41,297 nucleotides of DNA from Chiloscyllium plagiosum (GCF_004010195.1 NC_057719.1:61566946-61608242); one strand, 5' to 3'. Positions 12,234 to 24,857 are shown, numbered from the stretch's first letter. Numbers and translations are program-made. Notes: generated by a model not told the origin, from the letters alone.

Positions 12234-15159
12234 GAGACAAGTGATGTCAGCAAAATGCACTTCAGGTCATGTAACTTCCAAGAATTTGTTCGTTAACCTG
12301 TAAGAACACGCTCTCAGGCAGGGTTTTCATATTTAACTGCTTGAAGACTTTCCAACCGACAACTTCACTGAAGAAGCGTTCCTTGCCCTGCACTTGCTTC
12401 ACTGACTCTAGTGAGTTGCAAAGAGCTCAGGAAACCCATGCACTGCTCGCTAAAGCTAGAATCCACGGCTAAGGTCAAAGCTAATTACCGATTGAATATT
12501 TCAATGATTTTCCTCACAGCTACATGGTGGAAGAAGATGTGGTTGGGATGAGTGAAGACTGGGTTCCCTGTTCACCTGCAAAACAGTCTAGGTCAAAGCA
12601 GAAAGTAGGTAGACTCTGTAAAGGTCCCGAGACCATTTTCAGGATTGAAGCCCACCTCTTCATGGCAAGTAAAATTCTGCTCATCATTTCTACTAACCTC
12701 TACTTGACAAACTACTGAGAATAGAAGGAAAAGTCTATTGAAAACAAGGTGGGAAACTAAAGCAATTTAATATTTTGTGGGGGAAACCGCACCTTACTTT
12801 CTCTCAGAAATGGCAAAGCAAATAATGTATCAATTCATAAATGAATTGTTAATAAATCAATGTTATATTTATATGGTCCCTGAAATCACACTACTTTACT
12901 AGCATCAAAACAGTTAACATTTTTGCATTGAATTGTTTTGTCAATTATCACAGTTACTTTGAATAGGTTAGCGTGTTCTATAAGAAGGGTTTTATAAAAA
13001 CTCTACAAGCATACTTCTAATACATGATTTCAAGACCAAAGAAGTTTTAGAGATCATTGCTGATAGAATATTGATCTCAAACTTAAATATAATGTGTTTA
13101 TATTTTAAATGTATATTGATCATGTGTCACTTTACAACTGTTGTAGTAAGGAGTCAATTTTGTGTTTCAATTTTGAGAGATAACTGATGTGAAATATTAA
13201 TTATGCTCGTCATTTTATGGCAGAATTTTAAAATATACTTTGTCACTTGAAAATTTCATCTTGGTGCTTCATTTTAGATGTATGAAATTTATTGGATGTA
13301 GCAAAGTGCAAAGATGCTAACAGTTAAGGAGATAAAAACTGAGTAGCACTCAGCAAAATTGATAACTGGTGAGCACTGTCTGAACATGCTGGCTTTTTAA
13401 GTATGTAATTACTATTTGTAGTTGAATTGAGAAAAAGAGCAGCTAATACAACACTGACAAGAAGGACAAAGAGCAGCATGCAATATCAGCAAAGAGTAAC
13501 ATTGTAAACAGAAGTGGTCTTTATCGAACTAGAACAGCTGGAAGAGGGTGGGAGGGCAACTCTGAAGAAAAGTAGACTCAGAAATAAATATAAGGAACAG
13601 AAAAGAAAGTAGAAGTATGCATAAAGTACAACAGAAACAGGATGCAGCCAACAGAATCTGGAAGGAAAACTGATCAAACTAAGGAAACAGAAAGAGATAG
13701 CAGATGCATATGTGTCAAAACTGAGAAGATCTGAGGGTTGATATAATGAAGTTTTTAAGAAAAGCAGAATGCCCTAGTAAGCGTTATGTAGATGATCCTT
13801 TCAAGAAAAAAAATCACATGTTCATTAGGTTTGAAGTGAAAATCAGTTAGAACAAAATCAAGTACACATATATTACCAGCTGTTGAGCTACAAGGAGAAA
13901 TTAACTAATTGACAGTTACATAAAACAGTTTTGAGTTCTGCCCTTACATCAAGGAATGTACATATAGCTGTGAAAATAATAATGAAAATAAAAATAAAAT
14001 AATGAAATACAATAACAAATATCTCACAACAGACAATAATAATATTGGCTCTGGAAAGAAGAAGATGAAGAAATATATGATGCGAACAGTTTGCATGTCA
14101 ACATAAGCAAAAATTGGATCAGCAACAGAAAGGAAGTCCAAGTTCCACATGCACTGTAAAAATCGAGAGATTTGCATCTTTAAAAGAGAGTTTTAATTGT
14201 TTCTGAGACTAAGACAAAAGGGCTTAAATTTCTAATAACTGTTCAAAGAATAGCCAGAAGAAGCAACTATAGAAATTAGTGGAAGGTTTCAGAACAGAAA
14301 ATAATGACCAAATTGAGAGATGGATGGGGTGTTTGCATTGTAATAGTTCTACAGGCTTCAGCTACCAGACCTACTTTTAACATCAGTGAAATAAATAAAA
14401 TCTGGGGCAACTGGTCACTGCGTTACAAAAACTAACCTTCTACTTTTGGTCATACATTTAAATGCCCAAAGTAAAAGGATAAGTATAGCCCTTTTTTTAA
14501 ATTAAATAACTTCTGAGTGCTCAGAGAAACAAGTTTCATCTGCATATCATAGACTTAAATGAACAAAGTGTCACTGACAGATGTAACATAGAAGTTCATC
14601 TTCAAAGTGGCATTACAGCAATACTAAGATCTGTTCTCATGTTAGGTTTATCACACGCATACATCACAAGCTAGCTTTCCATTATTTTAAAGGCCTCAAT
14701 GAAGTCTCTCTACATCCACACATTGCTACAGTGAAAAGATCCAACTCTCTTTCATGACAGATAATTCCAGGAAATGAAAAATATATTCCTTGAAAACAAA
14801 TGTGACATCATTCGCTTGCCCATACAAAATGAATTTACTGATAGTTATACATACAATTAAACAGAATTAAGACATACTGGACATGTGGAAATCCCCACAA
14901 AACATCTACAGACTTGCTGATGATGCCAACTGACCAGATTTGAGGAGAAAGGAGAAAGGATATTGGAAATCTATGGTTGAAATAACAAAATATTGGAGTG
15001 TGCTGCATTAGGAGTAGGAAGGTTGCTTTGAGTAAGAGTAAAATCCTCATTTTATATTCACATATTTTTTTTTGCTAACATTAACAAACAGAGGAAAGTA
15101 TATCTCAAAAGTGTATAATATATTTTGTATAAAGTCACACAGTTACTCTTTGAATAATT

Positions 15160-15845
15160 AGAGTCATAGAGTCACAGCATTGTACAGCACGGAAACAGAC
15201 CCTTCGGTCCAACTCATCCGTGCTGACCAAGTATCTTAAATTAATCTAGTTCCATTTGGTCCATATCTCTCTAAACACTTCCTATTCATATATCCACCCA
15301 AATGCCTTTTAAATGTTGTAACTGTAACAACCTCCACTACCTCCTCTGGCAGCTTGTTTCAAACACACACCACTCTCTGTGTGGAAAAAGGTGCACCTTA
15401 GGTACCTTTTATAAATTTCCCCTCTCAGCTTAAATCTGTACCCTCTAGTTTTGGATACCCTTTAACCTGAGAAAAAGATCTTGGCTATTCACCTTGTCCA
15501 TACCCCTCATGATTTTATAAATCTTTAGAAGATCACTCCTCAGCCTCCGACACTCCAGGGTAAATAGCCCCAGCCTATTCAGCCTCTCCCTATAGCTCAA
15601 ACCCTCCAAACCAGGCAACATCTTTGTAAATCTTTTCTGAATCCTTTCAAATTTAACAATATCTTTCCTAAAGCAGGGAGACCAAACTTGAATGCATTAT
15701 TCCAAATGTGGCCTAACCAAGGTCCTGTACAGCTGCAACATGACATCCCAAATCCAACATTCAGTTTTTAGACTAATAAAGGCTAGCATACCAAATACTT
15801 TCCTCACTACCCTGTCTATCTGAGACCCCACTTTCAAGGAACAAA
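15160..15845 (-). mobile_element. CR1 LINE 3' fragment
   Basis: (GAGTCATA)n tail followed by reverse-complemented CR1 3' UTR and ORF2 C-terminus. Confidence 0.9.
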
Positions 15846-16140
15846 GAGGTGGTAACTCTTTTAAAGCAAACTCAAAATTTGGTCAGTGTGGTACCTTGCT
15901 TCATTAATGTGCCCTATTCTAAGCCTCCAAGCAGCATCACTGCAGTTTTCAGGTATGTACATTGTACAAATATTTCCTGATGTTAACATGTGTTTGTGTT
16001 TGTACATTAACGAGAAAATAGAATTGTATAGTTGTTCTACTTCAAAAACACAATAACACTTGCTATAAATGGTGGCTGAAAATTAATAAATTGTTACACA
16101 TTTAAAGTATCTCAAGACATGTTTGATATAACTAACTTAC

Positions 16141-16304
16141 TATGGGGCTTCTAGATCCTTCTAAACCATCTGCAGTCACATCAGTTGCCAGTATCTCAGC
16201 TTTGATTATGTCCAGTGCTCGAAGAATCCAACTGTGCTGTCGTTTGATTTGTTTTTGTAGCTCCTGCCATTGACTTGTAATAATCTGCAGCATGTCTTTC
16301 AATC
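16141..16304 (-). CDS. AKAP6: AKAP6 internal coding exon, 164 nt, phase 1/0: (G)LKDMLQIITSQWQELQKQIKRQHSWILRALDIIKAEILATDVTADGLEGSRSPI
   Basis: Minus strand reads gttctgctttgaag|GA TTG AAA GAC ATG...CCC ATA|gtaagt and overlaps ORF 16132..16320. Matches recalled AKAP6 GLKDMLRMIASQWKELQRQIKRQHSWILRALDTIKAEILATDV (spectrin-like repeat). The flanking exons were not found in the window. Confidence 0.95.
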
Positions 16305-17312
16305 CTTCAAAGCAGAACAACTAGATATCAGCACTCAACAGAAGAAGCATAATACTAATAGCAATCAATTAACAAATGTTATGGGGAGACAGAATATCAT
16401 ATACCTTGCAGTTCCCCATAAATATTTCAATCAAGCCACATTTTACTTCTTCAAAGTTGAATTGAAACATCTAAAGAGAAAAGGATACCTCTAAACTTGT
16501 TTCCAATATGAATTCATGTAACCCTAGTTAACAAATAGCACCATGAAGTGCTATTTACATATTAAACTTGAAATGCGTTGAATCCTATGAAGTACGGAAT
16601 CATAATGATGGAAAATATATTAAAAAAACCATGTTCCCTACTGTGATGGTTTTAGGTGAGGAATAGTACTACTTATTTCAGTATTGTATTGGCAATGCTT
16701 CAATGATTTGCCATAACCCAAACTTCTGAACAGTTCCCTGCTGTACTAATCAATACAGCATTTCAAACTCTTGGAACCTCTTAGGGTCTCATACTATCAA
16801 ATTAGGTACAATGCTTAAGATTGGTATAAATTGTGCTGACTGAGAAGATTGAGACTACAAGACATACATTAATTTACAGACTCCACAATCATCTAAGATG
16901 CTGGCAGAAAATACTTTCATCTTCTGCTATATGCTGGACTCAAACAGATTCTCAGCGGGACTGACTGCACTGAGTTGTATCTTCAATCATGTTTTAACTC
17001 AATCTGACGACAGAAGAACAGTAGGCGAGAATACATTGTCAGATTTTAAAATAAAGTTCAAAATGCAATTTAAAACTATATTTTCTGTAATTTATAATAC
17101 GAGTGAAGAGTGAAGTACTGGGTTTCTTTAGTGCTAGGATATAATGGGTTCATTTTAATTAAGTGCACAATAGAATCATAATATCATAGAATCCCTACAG
17201 TATGGATACAGGCCCTTTGGCCCAACAAGTCCATACCAACCCTCCGAAGAATAACCAGCCAGACCCATTCCCCAACCTATCACTCTACATTTACCCATAA
17301 CTAACCCATAAC

Positions 17313-17402
17313 CATTCCTGAAGAAGGGCTTATGCCTGAAACGTCGATTCTCCTGTTCCCTGGATGCTGCCTGACCTGCTGCGCTTTTCCAGCAACACAT
17401 TT
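17313..17402 (+). mobile_element. Short Penelope-derived insert beginning with a hammerhead motif
   Basis: Same family as 41166-41297. TSD ccataactaa at 17295-17304 and 17403-17412, plus an extra partial copy at 17305-17312. Confidence 0.85.
17314..17349 (+). ncRNA. Minimal type I hammerhead ribozyme motif (near intact)
   Basis: AUUC-CUGAAGA-A-GGGC(UUAU)GCCU-GAAAC-GUC-GAUU. Confidence 0.7.
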
Positions 17403-17631
17403 CCATAACTAATGCACCTAACCTACACAACCTGAACGCTATGGGCAATTTAGCATGGTCAATTCATCTAACCTGCACAAGGTGGCAACACATAAGATAA
17501 AGTGGAACACTGGGATTTAGACCTTTCTGTAAAATCAACAAGAAAATATTATGTTTAACTAAACAAAATGTTACGTAAATATCTCTTTGACTGCTGTTGC
17601 TACTAATATCTTGAGATTAATTTCACATCAT

Positions 17632-18077
17632 GGGCAGAATCTTATTAAGGGATTTGAGGATTTCCTGCTGGCTACAGAACTGGTCCTAGCATCTCAGGAT
17701 GGAGGAACAAGCAGATAACAGCTGAGTGTTATTGTAGGTGGTGGGGAGCATCCCATGGGGTGGGGGTCATAAAGCCAGAATGAATGGCAGTGGTCATGCA
17801 TAGGTTAATGCTGGTTGAGGGATTCCCCCACCCAATAACAGTCTGTCTGCAGTGGTAACTTGTTATTATCCAACTTGGAACTGATTCAGCTTCATTGGAA
17901 AGACTAACGATTGTTTAAGGGCCTCATTTGGTGATGGAATAGAAAAGACAAGCTTTGGTTTTCCCACCCATAACTTAATTTGAATAGAGTTGGTAAAGCA
18001 ATGGTGTTCTGATATGTTATCACCCCTCCTAATCAAGTTTCTGTCCCATGCTGCCTCTGGACTGGAAGATTCGGTCC
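17632..18077. mobile_element. Putative Harbinger/PIF-like MITE, decayed
   Basis: Ends gggcagaatctt and aagattcggtcc are imperfect 12-bp inverted repeats. Confidence 0.4.
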
Positions 18078-18824
18078 AAACCTTTTAAAACTCCTTCATC
18101 TGTTATTGAAACTCTTATTCAGACCCAATTAAAAGAAGAATATTCATTGAGTAGCATCTCTGAACTGTCAATCAATATGTGAACTCAGAATCTTTGCAGA
18201 AATAATTGTAGCTTTTCAGACAAGCATTAATAATATGGATGAATGTAACAAAATAAACTATTTAAATGGCATGACCAGATGTTTTCTTTTTCCTTACCTG
18301 GGTTTTCAATCTAAGGAGTCCAGCAGAGGATTATTTTAACTCTCAATGACAGTTGCAGCCTGTTTTCTCTTTTTGGTTGACAGTTAAGAAGGGCTACAAA
18401 AGGATTATTAATCTTTAATTGGGTCTGAATGGGAGCTGTTTGTTTCAATCATCTTTTTATCACTTTTTTTTTGGAAAATTCATCTGATCTGCAGAGACTG
18501 GTCTTTTTTGTATTGTGAGATTGTGTCTGCGTATGGGATTAAGGTTATATAGTTTAATTCTGAATTGTAGCTCGGATGTTAATCAGTAGTTGCTGCTTGC
18601 TTAAAGAATAGGTTCTGTTTATCACAACTGGATTATTTTGAGATCATTAAAGAAGTCTGGTCAACATTTCTGTTACTCTGGGTAGAAGTACAAAAGAGTG
18701 GAATTGACTATTTTGATAATTGAATCAAGATATTTATTCTAATGGTGTGACTGGTGGAGTAGTGGGATTTAATTATTAACACATTCCTCCTGTCACAGTC
18801 AGAATAATACAATAATACAAGGAG

Positions 18825-18940
18825 CTCTGGTGCCCCAGTGGTTGTATGCTTATTTCTGAGCCCAGAGGCCTAGATTCACATCCCACCATTCCAGCAGAGT
18901 AGAATGAATTCTCTGAACAAGTTGATTTGAAAATATTGAC
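18825..18940 (+). mobile_element. Decayed tRNA-like SINE head
   Basis: Degenerate A box (tggtgccccagtggtt) and B box (agattcacatccc). Confidence 0.4.
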
Positions 18941-18959
18941 AGTGATGGCGATTTTTGGC

Positions 18960-19590
18960 TTAAACTCCAGTTTCCCACTTGCCCTCAGCATTTCCTGATT
19001 CCATGAGAGATCAAAATTCTGTCTGTCTTAACTTTAAATACATGAGACAGTAACGTATTCACAACCCTCCAGAGCAAAGAGTTCAAAAGACTCACAATCC
19101 TTTTAGTCTAGAAATTTCTGCTTATGTCAGTCCGAGATGATCATCCTCTTATCCTGTGATTGTGCACCTCTGTTTTAGATTCTCCAGATTGTGGGAAAAG
19201 CACTTCTCACTGGCTAACTTGTCAAGCTTCTTCAGAATTGTGTACATTACAATATGACCAACCTTCATTCTTTTTAACTCCAGAGAATGTGAACTCAATT
19301 AGCTCAGCTTCTTGTCATAGGACACTTGTTATCTAAGGGTTCAATTTAGTGAACCATTATTGTGCTGCCTCTCACGCAAGTGTAACCCTCCTTAAATATG
19401 GAGACCAAAACTACAGACAATATTCCAGGTGTGGTCTCACCAGGACCCCAAACAATTTATTCTTGTACACTAATCTCCAAGCAACAAAGGCCAACATGAC
19501 AGTAGCCTCATTAATTGAGCTTGATGTTAACTTTCTGTGTCCATTGTATAAGTACACCCAAATCCCTCTGAACATCAACCGAAATTCATG
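18960..19590 (-). mobile_element. Old CR1 3' ORF2 fragment
   Basis: Reverse strand of the LEYC.QFWSP motif (ggagaccaaaactacagacaatattccaggtgtggtctcacc). Confidence 0.75.
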
Positions 19591-19706
19591 TCAAATGTAG
19601 ATTTAGTCAGATCCTGATTTTCCAATTAGCGCCACTGTCAAAGTAGGTTCTGCTTAAATAAAGGGACATTGTGACTCCTGAAATTGTTATTACTTAGAGG
19701 ACTTAC

Positions 19707-19803
19707 CTGATTTGCGTGATTCAATGAGCTCCAGAAGTTGCTGTCCTTCTTCTACCACAGCATCTTTTAGTGCACAGTGACTATCTACATTGAGTTTAAA
19801 ACA
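19707..19803 (-). CDS. AKAP6: AKAP6 internal coding exon, 97 nt, phase 0/1: CFKLNVDSHCALKDAVVEEGQQLLELIESRKS(G)
   Basis: Minus strand reads cttcttttgttgcag|TGT TTT AAA CTC...AAA TCA G|gtaagt. Matches recalled AKAP6 SFKLNVDSHCALKEAVEEEGHQLLELI. Phases fit both neighbouring exons. Too short to appear in the ORF track. Confidence 0.95.
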
Positions 19804-20511
19804 CTGCAACAAAAGAAGTTAAATATTAGCATCCTCGAAATTACCTGATTTTTTTTAAAAAGCAGATTGATAGGTTCTTTTTCCAGTTGTTTAATCCTGT
19901 CGAGAAGCTAGGAAATAATACCAAAGTTTTGAATCCTTGACTCCTCCAGTATCTACTCTGCGTAATTACTTTCCATGCCTTAGCAAGCTATTTTATCACA
20001 GAAAACATACAGACACATTTCATTCTTCCTCCTATGTATGTTCTAGAATGTAACATCGGGCATTAGATAGCAATCAGAAACAAGAATCCTCAATGATTTG
20101 CCTGTCTGCCAGAGTGAAACTAGAGTGGTTATCATGCCCCCATTATTGACTTAGCTGAATTTTGTTAACTCAGTAACAACTATAGTTTCAAACATGGGTC
20201 TCACTGACCTAGTACCAAAGTAGGAGGCGCATTATTCACCAATGAAACCCAAACCTAATGGACTAAAAACATGAACCAAAAATGTTTTTATTCTGGTGGA
20301 ATAATGCTATTGCAATTGGATGAATAGAAGTTGGCATTGAATCCTGAACCTAGTTATTTTAAGTCTCTACTCATTTTTTGAAATCACACCTTTTGTGTAA
20401 ACTCATGAAAGAAGTGTGACTGGTGGTGTAACATCAATCATTCTCCACAACTTTTGTGCGAGGCTCCATTGAAAAACAACAACTGAAATCGCATAATTAT
20501 GCTTATTAATA

Positions 20512-20625
20512 CTCACGATTTGGAGGTGCTGGTGTTGGACTGGGGTGGATAAAGTTAAAAATCACACAACCCCAGATTATAGTCCAACAGGTTTATTTGG
20601 AAGCATTAACTTTTGAGGTGCTGCC
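20512..20625. mobile_element. Short repeat fragment, probably a further Penelope-derived family
   Basis: gttggactggggtgga..aaagttaaaaatcacacaac..caggttatagtccaac is shared with 24645-24714. The Penelope assignment is from recollection of similar shark repeats. Confidence 0.55.
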
Positions 20626-22162
20626 CAATACCCAATAGAATAAATTGACACATTGTCAGATAGCTCAGCCACTGAATGGGTACAGGGATGACTGGTTATC
20701 TTGAATTGTTCTCACTGAAAGGATTCATGGTCAAATCACCTAATCCTCAAGAAAAGGTTTCTGATCACAGAAGACAACCCTTGAATATTTATATGCTAAC
20801 TGAAAAGGAACATTAGTAGAGGCATGATCACCTGATAACACGCTCAATCAAGGATTGCAGAGGTCCAAAAGAACTCTTTTAAAAGTGAACAGTTTAAACA
20901 TATATATTATTTGTATGTAAATGTTTGTGTCTAAATCCATTCTAGTTTGTGCATCTGTGCCAATTAAAATATACGATTGTTTCGCTGGATCTGAATTTTA
21001 ATAATTGTTGAAGATATGATTTCAGATTTTTAAGCAACCCTACAGCTATAACCCCAACCACATATTTTGCAGGTGTTGCCAGGAGATGGAAGTGGTCCTT
21101 GGCCCTGGGATCATTGGCATTCTTTTCTCCAGTTCCTCTTCCATACTTGCTTTTGCAAGAATCAATTTCACCTCCCAGAAATGTCTTCCAAATGTGCGTT
21201 TGGAGATGCATCTCTAAGATCAGACTTACTAGCCACAAAAGGCTCCAATGAACCTATAGCCAGTGACACGGAATTTCTTATTTGTTAGTGACCAATTGCT
21301 GGTGAATTAATTATTACAATGAAATAGTTGCAAAAACATTATTCTTGCATTGATAACGATGATAATAAAGAGCAAAGCAATTAATTGTAACTTGATTTTT
21401 GATCTGTTCAGACAATCCTAAGCAAGTGTAATGTGAAATAAAAAACAAATTGTTTAGACACCGACTTAATAATGTTTTTTTCAAAATCTAATGTTTTTCA
21501 CTGTTTCAATGTAATATTTTTAATAGAGTCAGAACACTTATGAAACAAAGTTTTCAACAACAATAGCCAATATTAACAGGCTAACCTTATTTATATCCAT
21601 AACTGGATACTAAGCATGGTCCCAAACATTGATAATTAAGCAACAACTTCACAAAAAAGTGAAGAACATTTGCACAATTTGCTTTTAAATTTGAAGGAAG
21701 TTTTCTTTAATTTGTAATACCCTATATGTTAACTTACTTTTTCTGACTGATTATAGTAGTCCCTGAGATTTACACTGGATAGTGATGAGAAATAGAATCC
21801 TCCTTAAACTGATATTGCTGCAGTCAATTACAGCTCATCTGGGATGAAACCAATATGTCCCAGGATTTCTGCTTATGGTTCAAGTGCACACTAGATAAAT
21901 TCCAACAAGGATCCCTCACATAATAAACATATTGCATTATGGTTTAAATCAATCAAAATTCATTTAGTGAATAGTGTGGTGTTATTATAACTAAAATAAT
22001 TCAATGTTCTTTTTTCTTGATGTATAAGAGATTTGCCACTTCTATGAAGAAAGTGTTCCTGAACATTAAGTATTTTATACAGCATACTTGTTCTATTAAA
22101 TCAAAAGATTTTAATATATAACTCATTTTGTTAATATGAGATTTCAGGAGCATATGTCTTAC

Positions 22163-22285
22163 CAAATGGGTTTCCAGATAAAGTTTCAGACTGCATGTAT
22201 CAGCTTTCGGAGGTGTCCAGTTTTCAGTTGTTTCCATGGCTTCAAACAACCAATGAATCAATTCATCAAGCTTATTTACAAAACC
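22163..22285 (-). CDS. AKAP6: AKAP6 (mAKAP) internal coding exon, 123 nt, phase 0/0: GFVNKLDELIHWLFEAMETTENWTPPKADTCSLKLYLETHL
   Basis: Minus strand reads ttcctgtttctttag|GGT TTT GTA...CAT TTG|gtaaga, 41 open codons. The peptide closely matches recalled vertebrate AKAP6 (GFVNKLDEFIQWLNEAMETTENWTPPKAE..LKLYLETHL). Confidence 0.95.
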
Positions 22286-24394
22286 CTAAAGAAACAGGAA
22301 TAATTTGATAAGTAATTAAAGTCATTAAACTTAACTTAATTATTAAACTAAATCTTTAGCCATTGCAGAGAATAATAGTTTCAAGTGTTCCGCTGAATAA
22401 CAATCATGGTTTATTTCTGATGTCAGACATCATATTAGCCCTCTTTTGTTTGTCTTTCTGTGATAAGATAAAACCACCCATTGAATAAAGTGTTAGTATT
22501 TGGCTCAAAAATGATATTTCCAAACCAGATCATTAAGGGTTATTTGAACATGGCAATAAGCAATTGAAGGAAAATACATGAAAAACAAGCTTAGTGTAAC
22601 AACAGCCTATTGTTTTAACAACAACCTTGCCTTAGTTTGAGAACAGGCTAGTTTGCAATGACACCCTGGATTTGTTTGTGAACATCAAGCACAGAGAAAT
22701 ATTTGGGAAAGTACTGAGGAATGATAATACAATATATAATATCAGATTCAGAATAGCGTTAACTTGGTAACTTTCTCCAGCTTGCTGGAACCTTTCACCT
22801 TTGGACTGGGGATTTGTGAGACGGAGCTAGGGACTTTTCACCATCTGACTGGGGTTCAAGGACCAGTACTATGGAAACTCAGATAGACTTTCAAGTGTCA
22901 ACCCGTCATCCAGGATGGGCAAAGACAGTGAGACTCACTTGTGGAAAATGTCAAAGGTAGTTTAAGCTAATAGATGCTCATTAGTTTGCATACACCTAAA
23001 TTAGATTAAGCTAATACATTTTTGCTTTCTATTAAAGTGCACATTTCTTCTAGTATTTATTCAGATCAGACCTTAAAGAACCCATTAGGCACTTTCAGAC
23101 TAACAGTACAGAGTAGTAAGAAATTTCATTATTTTATTTGACTGAATTAAGTACAACGCTGTCCCGTTTCTGCATGTTTATTAAAAGTAATCTCTGCGCA
23201 TGTTTGCAAGTACATATATTAATGAAAAACTGGAGCCATTCTACTCTCCTCACCCACTTGTAACATTCAAAAATATATAACAAATTCTGAATATGTTACT
23301 ATGCAGAAATTAGAAAGCAATATAAGTCACAGCAGTGATTTAATAGTTACAAAAGTGTCTCAGTGTTTATCACATTAATATTCCATTGGTACAGAAAAGT
23401 TTATAGATGATTGTAAAATGTCCATGTGGATTTCTGGCAGTAATCCTAACTTACCCTGGATAACTATTAAGCTTAAATTAATCAGCACTCTCCAAATTCT
23501 CTAACTTCAAGGGACTTTCTGAGGGTTTTAAATAAAGTGAAATTGTCCATTGGAATTATCACTTTCCTTGGCAATTCTTTCAGAATCATCTAGGTCAAAG
23601 TTTCTGCATAGTCCCAATGCCCAACTCCAGTCCACATTGCTACGTGACTCTCTGGCCATCAGAAATGTCTGGATCAATACATCTCTCAGAAATTGTCATT
23701 TGTATGTAAGGCAATATAATTCTGAGTGGTTATTGCAGTTGAATTTAAGCTTCTCCTGGTGAAGGATGTTCATATTGGGAAAAGGACAACTCCTATTTCT
23801 GTCCTTCAAGCAACAAGTATTTGCAAGAATTACATGGTTAGATACAGACAGCAGCCCTTGTATTGTACACCAACAATATATTGCAGCTCCAACCTCAAGA
23901 AGCATTTTTACTCATGCATCACAACATTTTGTATTTCGCACATGAGCGACCATGTACTTTCTCTAAGTGATGACTGTTAATTTTGTTAAGTTGCGAACAT
24001 GTGTCAAATTAGAGACAGTTTTATACTGTGGCCCCATACCTACAACAATGTAGGATCAAACTGACTAAAATCATTTCACATTAGATTGAAACGTTTCGTC
24101 CAACCAAAGCTTAATTAAATTCCAATTTTTCCGACAAACAAACAGCTACTTAGTTTGATGAACCACTAAGTGCACAAGAACGTATTCAAAGTAATTTTTA
24201 TACTTCTTTCTGAATTATAGAATTACCTCCTTTTTTTTGGCTGTTGTTAGTTCTGTATGCCTTTGGTTCCAATTCTATTAATCACTCTTTCAGGCTAAAG
24301 CCATGATGAAACACCTGTCTTTCTGTTAATCTGGAGAGAAACAATTCATGCCAAGTCTGGTCAATCATCAAAATTACCTCTTTTCCAACCCATG

Positions 24395-24857
24395 GAAGCA
24401 CTGATACCACATGGCAAGGTAAAAACAAAATCAACTTAGTGAGTACATCAAATTATATTTTAAAAGTCCTTAACATATCATTTAATAAATTAAGGGGAGA
24501 AGTAATGAGATTGTCATATTATTTGCAAACAGATGAGAAATCTTTGGTTATAATTTTATCATTGCATTACAAGTCACAAACAAAACTGCACACTGATTAT
24601 TGTTAATCTTTGTTAAAATTGATGGTAATAATGAAATTTTTGACGTGGAGGAGCTGATGTTGGACTGGGGTGGACAAAGTTTAAAAATCACACAACACCA
24701 GGTTATAGTCCAACCGAAGATTTCTCATCTGTTTGAAAAAATTGTGACCATCGCATTACTTCTCCCCTAATTTATTAAACGATATCTTGCTGCGTTCCTC
24801 AGTAAGTTAACTTTGCTTTTACTTTGCCATAAAGGAAGAGATATGGCATCAGTAGTT
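24395..24857. repeat. Imperfect long inverted repeat (arms ~24395-24548 and ~24712-24857)
   Basis: For example tttaataaattaaggggagaagtaatg..aaacagatgagaaatctttggtt is the reverse complement of aaccgaagatttctcatctgttt..cattacttctcccctaatttattaaa. Confidence 0.85.
24645..24714. mobile_element. Second copy of the 20512-20625 repeat fragment
   Basis: Near-identical ~60-bp core to 20535-20590. Confidence 0.6.

Larger units (their letters stand above)
17171..17480 (-). mobile_element. 5'-truncated HE1-type SINE interrupted by a Penelope-derived insert
   Basis: Reverse complement of the HE1 3' half (gggcaatttagcatgg, caaccctccgaagaataac) with a catagaat tail. Confidence 0.85.

Noticed and set aside
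13480..14270. Purine-rich stretch suggestive of a decayed gag or other coding region
   Set aside because: No motif could be read with confidence.
1..16140. Next downstream AKAP6 exon (AEVQLCYLEAQRDAVEQM-like)
   Set aside because: No matching sequence seen; it probably lies beyond position 1.
18293..18301. Strong minus-strand donor CAG|GTAAGG (also ~29104-29112)
   Set aside because: No supported acceptor or coding match; such sites are expected by chance and these lie in probable repeat remnants.
18240..18800. Possible solo LTR (also ~22650-23160)
   Set aside because: LTR-like composition only; no second copy, clear TG..CA ends or TSD could be established.
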